From contig OZ281494.1 of NCBI GenBank assembly GCA_965637545.1, positions 33,852,001 to 33,916,000 on the forward strand: 64,000 nt of DNA, read 5' to 3'. Under the pieces are notes generated by a model. It made no database searches. It saw nothing but the letters and a program-made list of their open reading frames with translations, and was not told the origin of the DNA. Numbering within the stretch: the first letter of the stretch is position 1; each line of letters starts with the position of its first letter. The stretch is from Phallusia mammillata. Its lineage: Eukaryota. Both the position numbers and the translations under genes were made by a program. This document shows, piece by piece, positions 35,401 through 47,400 of this stretch.

Positions 35401-38400
35401 ACTGTTATTTTTTTTATTTTTATAATTCCTATTTTAATCATGTGCTGTCTTCCGCATTTATTAAATGCTTTAGCGATTAACTTTGAAGTTTGATGCTTAA
35501 CTGCGTTGCAACCATCAGCTATCTTGAGCTGTAACAAAAATACTAACCCAAAATTTCAGGGTATGTTAGCTTTTCAAAATAGCCAGCGATTTGAAACAAT
35601 TGCACCATTTTCTTTTGCAGTGTCTAATTCTTTGTTGTCCTGATAACGGTTTGTGACAATCCAAAGCTGCTACAGTAAACTGCCACTTATACTATGCGTC
35701 AAGATTTTAAACTTTATAACCAAACCGAATGACGGTTGTCTGAAACCTGACTTTTTCTTGCTTTTAATTAATGGCTAGCCTCATTCAAAACTTGCTTTTG
35801 TTGTTGTTGTTTTTATTTACTTTTTACATTTTTTGTTTTATATTTATCACCGAATAAAACATTTTACTGAACTATTGGTTGTGTTGGATTATTGGAATCT
35901 ATAAGGACGAAAGAACTAAAACTAAAACCTCAAAAAAGGTTGGATTTGGTTAGCAGGACAGTAATCTATTGTAACATTAAGGTCAACCGATTTTCAAGCA
36001 TATGTGTTAAAAGTGCAGTAGGGTAGGACATGTTTTAAGGGAATTTATCTCAAAATTCCTCAATACTTAACGAAAAAACACCTACGAACTCGTCTCAAAT
36101 TATATCATAGTGTTTCCCTATTTGGGGTTAATGTACATCCGCATGAGAGCCTTTACATAAGAATAACTCATAGTGCAGAAGCGAAAAAATCATAAAAACA
36201 ACCAAAAACATGGGTACTGGTGCAAGTTAAAACGTGTTATTTCGGCGACAAGCACATAGCCCCCACCCTAATCCCGACACAGGCCGCTGGATTAGCCAGA
36301 AACCGCTGTGATTCCTCTGCTCCAAACCTCCTGACTTAACAATACAGATTTTGCCCCGCCCCAGTCGGTCCGAAATATTAACTGTGGGGCGCGTTGCTAC
36401 GGTAACCGGCATAACATTGTTCCGTAACAATAGCCCGACATACCTGTGGCCCCGGAAAGCAAATATCGCCTACATTTATCGCGAAATGCTGTTGAACGTG
36501 GTTAGCGCTACTGATGGCGTTTGCGGAATCTGAAAGCATAATTTGGCCTGAAGTGTATGGCTCGGGTTTTGAGGTATTTCGCTATGTATTCAAGTGGTAA
36601 ATCAAATACTTGGTACTCTTTTATTTACCATTTTTTCCTTGCTCGGCACTTGTACAGTTTTGTAAGTAAAGAAATTTAAACACTTTTAGCATTCGTATAA
36701 TACCCAGTCCTAGTTTTTGGATTTTAAAACGATTTTCGGTTGAAACAATGGGTCGTTGCAATTTTATTTCCAAAATATGTGCAAAAAGGGGTTGATGGGT
36801 AGATCAGATTATGTTCAAATACACGTATAGAGTAGACCACGAGTTCTTTTTTGCCCTGCCATAAAAATTCAAATAAACTGTTTGTAGCCAATAATTTCTG
36901 AAACTGAGCAAGCGTTAAACGTAAGTATTGGAAATGCACTTATTGTATCCATTTCTAGCTATCAATTAATAGTGAGGAGTCGCTATTCAACTACCAATTA
37001 ACATTTGATGCGTCGCTTACAGCAAAACCAAGATACATAAAACTGCGTACGTAGATTAGTCTTAAAACGTACTTTGTATGCAGCTGTTAAAAGCCTTTCA
37101 CACAATTGAAACCTTTTTAAAACCGAATGGCCGTGAATTAACGACTTGGTTTTTATGTTGGGCGATTTACGATTTTTATGTTAGGCGTGTCATCATTTTT
37201 AGGGTGGGCACAATTGCGTTATCAAATTGTATTGTTATAGGTGTTAAGGCATCGCGTTTTCGAATTAAAGCGCAAAAAGCGCACTTAAATGCAAAGTTCC
37301 GCCGTGGAAACTTAGATATTTTTTGTGGGCAATACTTCCACGAAAACTGCTCACTGTAGTAAACACAGAAATCATAAAGCACAAATATTGACATTGAGAA
37401 TTTAAGAATTGTGGCTCGGAGATGGAGAAAGGTTTCAACGGACTTGTGAATTACAACCTTACGTGTTTGTCCCTCTGGTATTGACCTACCGAACCTGGCC
37501 CGGTACACAAACTTTATCCGGAAAAAGCGATAAATTGTACTTGTGTTTTATAACCCGAAGCTGTTTTGTGCAGCCGCGTTGGTCTTAAACTCGCGTTGCT
37601 TCAAGGAACCGGTGCTCACCTGATTTCGATAACCAGTATATCGTATATGACGCAGCAAGTTTGTAGATCACATGGTAGTTCCGCGTTACCGGTCAATGCT
37701 TGTCGTTGACCAACACTATTTTTCAATAACAAGTCCATATGTTAGATGCAGACAATGACCACTGTTTAAAATTGTCTTGTCACCAGCTGCGATGATGAGA
37801 CCTTATATAGATCGAAACAGTAGTGTGCACTGTCTGCAGCTTATTTATCATTGTATCATCACGTTTCTGTTATAAGTCAATATTTTTTTATTGATTTTAC
37901 GCAGGCTCCAACCGTGGGATCGAACCGACGCCCTCACCCGACCAATACGTCACCACGACACAGCACGTGACCGTTGTTGCCCAGCAACAGAGCGCCATAA
38001 CAGTGCCGACGCAAGCAAGCACCGATATAGGTTAGTAAATATGTTACGTTATTGCGTGGGTTTTGCGTGCCCGTAAAAAAACGGTAGGACATATTTTTTG
38101 GGAGCGTTCCTTTTGTGCGTCCGAGAAGCCGGTATTTAACGATTTCTATTGTTTGAGGAGCTTATTGTCCGATGAGAGCTGTGTCATGGTGATCGAACCG
38201 CACCCTCGAGTTTGTAATGGCCCTAAGTGGTCGATGATGTTATATTGTCCGCGTCTTGTCCCGTTGTTGACCTTGCGCTGATGATGTCTGCTACCCGGGA
38301 CGCGTTGTTTACATGGCATGGGAGAGATGTGGGAGTTACCTGGTGCTTGGGTTTATAATTCGGCTCTTACAGTTATGACTGGTGTTGTGTTCGTTGCTTG

Positions 38401-41400
38401 GAGATTTGCCTGGGCCTACGATTCAATCCCGACATTTATTGCCTTTTAGTGACTTTTTCCTTAGCTCTGTCAAATTTGTATTGATTAGGACTTTAACGAG
38501 GATGTAAATTTGTTTTGATCAATAGAAGTAAATCAGGGTTTCAATGAAAGTGCAAAGTTTTTCTTATACTAGTATAGACTTATTTGCATGAGATTAATGA
38601 CTTCCATTGTAAATCAATATAACTTGTTAGTTTGTAGCCATTGTGTTTTCGTCATTCCACTTTTGATCAAAATCGAAGTCAAATGTTATATCTCTTACCT
38701 AAATTGCTTTTTACCGAAAAACCTTACAATTCCTTATGCCTTAACCATAGAGTTGCTACTGTAAGTGTGTCGTTGAATGGAAAGCTACCAGTGTAAAAAA
38801 CGCGTGTCATTTTATAACGGCATTTGTGAATCATAGCTAGCATCAGGGCGCTTGGAATGCCTTTCAAATTCTAAAGATAAAACGCGCAGCCGCCGAAAGC
38901 CAAGGTTTACATTTCGGCTTGTGATTCTACACATTTATATTTCGAGTTAGCTTTTAAAAATTCCCACGGTGGCAAAGGGCTCATTTAACATGACTAAGTC
39001 CAACCCCTTGGCGTTCCGGTTCCTCTTGAAACCTAGCACCAACCGGAGTCTGTGACGTAAATAACGCCACTGTGCCTCCAGTGTGACGTCAAAATTCAAG
39101 GCGACATTTAAATTCTTGTTGTCAATTTGATGTGTATTGTCTGTAAACGATTACTTAAGTACGTTTCGAGGGAATATTGTGACTAAATTGGGTGCATACG
39201 CATATTTGGAGTATATCTGATAGCCCAATATAAAAGCCCATTGTATTATTTCCTTGGAATCAAATATTAGAATACGTATCAAATAGAAGTTGTTTTCAGA
39301 CATTGTATAAACGACAATTTTGTGCATACCGACGTTTCAAAGTGCTAATAGCTCGCCTTCATCAGGGTAAATACCACTTAGACCAGTGTTCTTCCACAGT
39401 TTTCGTCTCCTGATGCAACAATTATCCGCATTTTGGCTAGTTCACAGACATGAATTTTAACAGTTAAGTTAGCAAAAAAAAAATACGAGTGGATATTGCA
39501 AATCACTGACATTTAACGACGTTTTAGGGAACCCCCATTCACCCGTTGATACCCATGTTGTGGTGCACCCTGGTTAAAGACCGCTGTAAGCCAAATAGTA
39601 ACTAAAAAAACGATAAGTCAGGCACAAATAGAGGCAATCCTTTTGTCTTATACTTTCGAACAATGATTATACTTTCTTTTTCTTACCGTATAAAAAAACT
39701 AATATTCATCACATGATGTTAGTTTGAAGAAACATTCGGTAAAAACGCCATCACATAAAACCAATATTTGCTCACAATCAACCATTAACCGCAGTTGAAT
39801 TCCTTTTACACCACCAGTTAAGGAGAAAGGCGCTTTTTATGAGACTTTTGCCCTTTGGTGGGTGTGATAGGAAGTTAGGTGGATTGTGTGACAATTTCTC
39901 TCGCTTTCTTGTTACGTCACAATGCTGTGAATAGAACAAAGGTAGCGGAACAGTATGTTTGTTTACATGCCCGCCCCGAACAAAGGCCTTCAATTATGCT
40001 CTGACAGCGGGCTTAGTTTTTGACTCACGCTAAAATTCAGACGAAAAACCAGTTTGTTTTGAAATTACTCAACCAATTTCCTTAACCAAACACGAACCCG
40101 TGTGAAGACTAACCCTTGACATGTAAACTGACTGACAGGCTTGTCTCACAAAAATTCGAACCCTTACATTTCACAAACTCTACGGATCTTACGCAATATA
40201 GCTATTTGGTCAATAACGTAAACACATTACCTACCCATGTGACCTTTACAAAACTCAAACTTATATGTTTTATGTCCCTCCAATTGCAGATGTAAAACTA
40301 AGATCGTAAAATTTGAAGTAAAAGTGCTTTGGGGAATGTAGGAGGATATTTTTTGGAAAATTAAATTCTGCCCAGAGGTGAACAAAAAAAGATTTACAAA
40401 CCTGTACCTTCGGGATAGGTTTGATGAGCTTATAGTACAAAAAAATTAAATACCAACAACGTTTGTCATTTGTTAAGCCTTATGGCCGGCACATGGTTTT
40501 GCTTCTACATGATGTGCCAAGGTTGGGCAGACTTGTGCTGACAAGGGCGCGTCACAGTTAACCAGCTTGTACAACAAGCGACCGCTATTAACGATTACGG
40601 TCGTTGCCTTTTACTGCTTCAAAACCACGCGCTTCCTGTGGGTTAAGATAACGTGTTTGACTGTGGTCCTTTCTCGACGTTGTTATCGCTTGTACAGACA
40701 AGGCAAATCCCACACGTAAATTTTAATACTGAGAATGTAATGAACAGGTCACATATAAATCTCCTACAGTCGCCATGGGCACCAACCTTTTTTTGGTACT
40801 GCTCCTGCTGGATGCCATTGTCTGCTTTATGCTTAACTATTTTCCATATCGGACTCCGGGTTTTGTGAACTGTAGTTTAACTACAGTTAAAACAATCACA
40901 CTGTTCTATCAGAGAGTAAAGGCAATTGTGACGTTATACTCGATTTTATGAAACCCATTTTTTACTATAGGGACAGTATAGTCTTTCCAGCTGTGTGGAT
41001 GACAACACATTCAACGAGCCTTTAAACAACGTATTAAGTTTGTTCTGTGGTCATCAGAGTCCTTCCTAAAAGCTCAACTAAGTATTCTCTTCTAGTTTCT
41101 TTGGGAGGTAGAAAGTTGAAACGCCAATACACGATCTTTAAAATACTAATAAAGTCCTGAACCACTTTCAGCGAATTTTAATATTAGTTTAGGAGAAATT
41201 TGTTGTTACAGGCAATTTGTGTTCACACCCCTAAACAGCTTGTGAGGCACATTGGAGTATTCGGCCCATTTTTGAAAAAGGCAAAGTATTTCCCACCATT
41301 CCCCTTTGTTAATGTGTCTGGACAAACACAAGGTCACTGCGGACCACTGTAAGCAGCATTAGATGTACATGCTATTGCCGCACACCAGTTTATGCACATC

Positions 41401-44400
41401 AAAGATTTTCATAAGTTTGAGCATCACACTAGCTCCCTGATTACACTTAGGGCCACTGTGAGCAATATTGGTTGTGCACGCTGTGGCCAGAGATCAGTTT
41501 ATGCGCAGCATAGATTTTTGTACGTCTGGGCACACACAATAACTTACTGAGTACACTGAAGACCACTTTAAACATCGTTGGTGGTCTAATTTACATATTA
41601 TGCGATATTGTATCGTGCATGTAAGATATCGTGTGTTGTGCGCTGAGAATGTAGCAGAACCACGCAGCTTAAAGGAAACATTCCTCGCCATCTTTTGGGC
41701 TGAATAATTACCAACACCGTTAAAATCGTGTCAAAATTTTTGGTTTGCGATTCACACTTTAACTTGTGACCGGTTTTCTTAATGCGGCACGTGCCTTCGT
41801 CGTTGTGGCATATTCCGTGCTCGCTAATGAGTCACGTAACTAGATGCGTATCACAAGGCTACGTTACAAGGGGTCCTGGAATTCTAAAAGGCATTTTTCT
41901 ACCTTTTTTCACCTCCGATCCGATAAGTCGGTCTGTTTTTTTTTAATCTTGTGCGAAGCCATACCACGATTGGAATGCCAATTTCAAAAGTGTGGTGACT
42001 GTTTCTGCTTTATTTTCACGCTGAATTGATATAAGATAGTTTCACGTGGGTGTTGCGTCAGTTTCATTAGGGGATTCCCGGAATTCTTACGTAATGACGT
42101 CATTTGTAGGGTTCAGACCGGATCAAGCCGCTTTGTTGAGGATCAAATTTAGTGGCGAACTATGCCGCGAATTCTTGTGGTCTTACGATCCCTGACACCA
42201 AAAACTACCACATGTTATGGACCCGTGGATGCCTGCAATGTGAAAATGTGTGGACAGCGAAAGGCGTTTACTTTTGGAGGCTAAACGATTCGTTTCGTTT
42301 AGATTTGTGTCATTTGTTGATGATGTTTTTAACAGCTTGGGACTGGTTGTTAAGTTTAACAGAAAACTGTTTGAACTTAAAGAATATTGAATATAATTAT
42401 GGTGATCCTTTGATAACAACCGAAGTAGTAAGATGGAATATAAATCTCGATTTAAGGAAATTCCCACTTGATTCTATAATATACTTGTGAATCATGTCAG
42501 AAAATTGGACGTTGTGGTAATATAACCTTAGTATTTTGTGGTAATGTGGAATGTTAATCTCAATTTTCAGGATATTTTCGCATGAATGCTTGACACCTAA
42601 ATGTAGACGGGCTGTCTTGTCTGTGTTTGCAATCTCTATCGTTCGTTTGTGCTCCAGGCTAGTCAGGGCATGGAATCCACACCACAACAATATACAAAGG
42701 ATTGGTTATATGCAGCTCAGGAATCATCGTTTGTCGTTTGTGAAAACATGTTTTTAATGTATTGCAATATTGAATGTGATTTAAACTCTGCTGGCACAAG
42801 CTTAAGTTATAAAAAACGTATCTTTTTTGTTAAAAAGGTATGAACAAGATATGGAGTACACAACACTTGTAGTGAATGTGATGCAATGATCAACTTAAGG
42901 TTCTGTGTTTTTCCTTTCTCTAGTCCACATATCCCCCTTAGTGTGTTTTGGGGTATATCAAAGAAAGTTACAATAATCCCAAAATTAACCTAATCCAAAA
43001 ACAATTAATTGAACAAACTACTATACATAGTTTTCACGTACTCTCTGTGGTAATGTATTGGTAATGTATTTATCCCACACCTTGTCTTTTTTGTTAGTTT
43101 AAGCTGCACAAAACAGGATCTATATCGAGCAAACCAACCCCTAAATTTACGGATTTCACTTTCTCATTATCAATCTTTTCTGGGTAAATCCGTTAACTTT
43201 TTTAACCTACAATGGCTCACTGAATTTCAAATTTAGAATGTACGTCTGCACCGCACCCGATTTAAACAGCTTATTCGACATACTTACAATTCGCGATAAC
43301 ATTTCTTCAGTTGCTCCTAATGGGCGTGTAACATTGGTAGCTTAACCACAGTACAAACAGTTTCACCCTATACCGAAACTCCCAACTACAAAAAAAAAAC
43401 ATTTAACCCCTCCCGTTTCTAGCCAACAAAACCCCGCCTATGCAAACTTCAAACTGTTGTATTTTTTACCCATTTGCAAATCCCTAACAGTGTGTGCAGG
43501 CTAAACAGAATTTCGTGCCACGAACACCGACAACGCATAGCGCGGTTTAAACCAACCTTACTGCTTTCAAGGTCCTAAAGTTTACTCTGCAAGGCCTATA
43601 CGCGTTGCTCTCACGGTGTTAAGTATCTGCAACCTTGTCCCACTGACAATCTGTCTTCATACTCGGTTTTCAGACCGAGGTGTCTTATTAAGCACCGGCT
43701 GGTGTTAGCTTTAAGGCTTTTGCGGTTGACTTTGTCGCTCCATTTGTACTTGACTTGCGTTCAGTAGCTGTAAATCACTTCTAGTTGACCCTAATTAAAA
43801 CACACTTGTGTTGTTTTTGGTTATGGATCGGCTACCGCACTACGGAATTTTAAGCAAGGCTGGTCCGAACCCGATTTTTTGTAAAAGCCCAAATTGGGCC
43901 CGAAAGTTAATGGAGTTGGGGCACAATGAGGAAAAGTGTGAAGTCAGGCCCGAATTAAGACGGATTTTTTCAAACTTGCGCCTAAACTTGACCCGAAAAC
44001 CCGGCTCGACTTCTCTGCAACACTTTGCAGCGTTTTTAGTTGATAAAATTAGCATTATTTACTGCGAAAACAATTTGGACCAACAATTTGTCTTTTTAGA
44101 CACGATATTAACAATAAATTGGATTGCTCTTTTTTTATTATTATTTTGAACCTTTTCCAATTTAAGCACATAAAACGTCGTTCTTTACTATTCAATTTGT
44201 CGTAATCTTTTTGCTTTGTTCAATCACGAATCACGGGAGGGCAACGCTTATTCGTGAATTCAACAATGGGCTGTAAAAAACCTTTGACGAAATCGTGATC
44301 TTACAACAGTCTTGTGCGTTTATCTAACAAGGTCACGTAACAATTATGGTAGGTTACATTTCGAAGTATCTTTTGGCACCACAACAATTTAAAATGCGAA

Positions 44401-47400
44401 TTATGTGGCCTTATTGTCCTGTTGTGGTGCAGAATTGCTTGTTTAATGATCGAAAAACATGACTTATAACAATTATAGGGATAAAGTGCTTTTGTGCTCA
44501 TAATTTTGACAATAAATCGAGATACATTTTGCAGCAGAAACGTGAGTAAATCTTATTTTAACTGTTTATATTTTTTTCTTTAGAGCTCGATTTGAATGTT
44601 TCCGCCGTATTTGAACTGTAATAAAACCTTACTGAGAACTTTAGATTTCGGAGAAGCATTTATTTGACGCAATAACAGCAACGGAAGCTATTTGTGCGGT
44701 CTGAAAAAGATGCACGTTTTTTGTGCCATAAAGTAACACCCAAGTGGAAAACCATCTGCATAAGTTTTTTCACTGATTATTGGCCTAAAGTGTATATTTC
44801 ATAACATTGTGGCTTGGTATTTTTCTTCATCATTTTACGTGCTAGTACTTAACAAAACCATTTTCCTCCATTAAATGGATTTACACACCTTTTTTAGACT
44901 TGAAGGCATTTGTTGACCTACTAAGTTTACTTTTTCATATTACTTCCAGCAAGACTTACCGCTTTATGTGATGGGCACAGATTTAAAGCCGCATAATTAT
45001 TGGTTGGGTTCGTTCAAGTTTAATAAGTGGCAATTTGGTGTCTGTTATTTCAGTAACAGATGTGGACTAAAGTGCATCCGTGATAACCAGACAGTCAACA
45101 CTTTTACACCTGGTATTTCAGGCTTCAAACATTCTTGTAATATTTCAAAATGTTAATAGACTACATACGTATGTGATGTAGTCAGTGGAGGGATTCAAAC
45201 TTTTTGTCAGTCGGTTCTATCACAAATGTCATATGTTTCAGTCGATTCTGTTACAAAAAGTCCATTGACAGTAACCAGTAATGAGAACCGGTTCGCTGAT
45301 CTCATAACATTTCGTGAAACGGTTCTATAGAACCGGTGCGAACCGGCTGAATCCTACCACTGGTTGTAATGTATTTACTGTACACAAGTCCTTTGCAGTT
45401 TAGTTTTAATCAAGTGGTATTAAAAAGGACCAGTGCTATTAGTTTTGGGAACCTAAACAGTGATACTACAGTTGCTGCAGTCTTCAAAAACCTTTGCAAT
45501 TTCGCAATCAACTTAAAATAGGCAAAAAAGCTTGACTAAGTCTTTTCATTCCCCCATTGACCTCAATCTAAGATTCGCCACTTCCTTTCACGCAAAAGAA
45601 CACACCTTCAGTGACGTCATTGTGCTTAGCGACAAAGGGGCTATGTGACGTGGACAAAGTGTGGTGGCAGTGAGTAAGCATACTTGAATAGTGTGAGCTT
45701 GTCGGTTTTGGACACGGCCTGTTGGTACAAGCATAGGATTTCCATCAAGCGAAACGACTTGATTTCACCTTGGTTGTCATTTTTTGGTCTGCTGGGCGTA
45801 CGATAAGGGTTTTAAGGATGAATCTTATGAATTTTATCTGGTATATAAATAGCGCCCATAGATATAGATCCATTTTTTTTACTTTTCTTACCTACCTTTG
45901 ACGTCATAGTGGTGCTTGTCCACCCTTGACGTGCTGCTTTTAATTTAAGCTGTTGTTATTTTTAGCATTCGCCAATTTGTACATATTTTTTCATGTGCTT
46001 GAATCACTGATATTCAAGGTCTGTGCCTATTTATAGCACCTAACACAGCAGAAACCTAGTTGCAACCAGTTAATTACACCACATTAGTAAAGTGTTTACT
46101 CAAATATGACAAAAACTTCGGCGACCCGACAAATATACTTGCACTGTTTGAGTTGTAACCAAAGCCGAACCGGAAAAGCTATAGTAGTTCTCATAACAAA
46201 CGCACAACGAACATCAAATCTTTCATCAAGCATGTTCCCAAAGTTCCACTGAATTGTGAACAATCTGCTGAGGTGTATGATATTTGCATTGACTTACTTA
46301 AATATCTATCAGTTAATTTGAATTGGGAAGAATGCAAATATTATGTTGTTGTGCAACTAAATGAGAGAGATAGCTAACTTATAGGCTGCTCCAATTTTCC
46401 TTTGCGTTATTAAATATGAATAAAATGTGAGATCTTTTTCATGTGGTTAGTTTGTGTCCGTTTGTTGTTTTTGGGCAAGAAAAACCTCCGGGAACTCACT
46501 TTGAGTCTTTTACATATTCTAATTAGACAAATCTGATTTATTAGACATACTTTACCAACAGAACATTTTGTAGGTCTGGTTTTACTTGCACATTTAGCAC
46601 GAAGTAAAGCCACTGGTGTTAGTTCCGCTTGACTGCACACCGAAAGCAGTACCACTGGCCTTAAACCAACAAAACAAAAACCTCAAAACCCTTTGCCCTT
46701 TCAGATTCCAGCAGCAGTACGGTTCATGTGCAGTCAACCATATCGTCAGTTTCCATGGAGATTACCACGTGCCGTCATGACGAGCTGCAGTGCCGGTCAC
46801 ACTTCAGCGATTGCGTGCCGAACGCACTCATCTGTGACGGATACTTTGACTGTTGGGACGGATCTGATGAACTGGGCTGCGGTAAGATTTAGTTTGTCCA
46901 TAAAAGTGAATACAAGCAATCAAATACTCTCACCTTATTGCTTTTATTGATCATAAAAAGCCCAAATACGGCGAAATTGCGGTAGGAAGTATACTCTGTG
47001 TAAAGTAAGGCCCAAATCCAGCTTGTTTAATACAATTAAGCCCCCTGAACGCGGCCCGAAAAGTCCTGTCTACCTTTTTTGCAGCACAAGAGGCAGTTAT
47101 TTCGGTAGATAATAGGACAATTCTTAAAGATGATACTTCATTGAAAGTGAACATAAGCAATCAAAATTTCTTCTTGTTGAGTTTTATTGGTTATTTTAAG
47201 GTAATTTGCTATATCCAAACCCAAGTCAACGTTTTTTGCTATTTATAGCTATAATTTAATAAAGTTAATTTTGTCGTTTGGGTGAAAAAGTTTCCAAGAT
47301 TGCCCAATTCTTTTTTAAAAAGTGTAAACCTGGACTCGTATTCTGTTGTTTGAAGGTGTGTCTACTTTCATTTGCCCAACCCAACGCGAATCACGTTCAA

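Noticed and set aside
37910-37935. Reverse tRNA B-box-like sequence (GGTTCGATCCCACGG)
   Set aside because: Lies inside a well-formed phase 1-1 coding exon, and no A-box or tRNA body is visible.
38276-38312. CTGATGATGTC...GACGCGTTG hammerhead look-alike
   Set aside because: GAAA is absent and stem I does not pair. The look-alike at 63,747 fails for the same reason.
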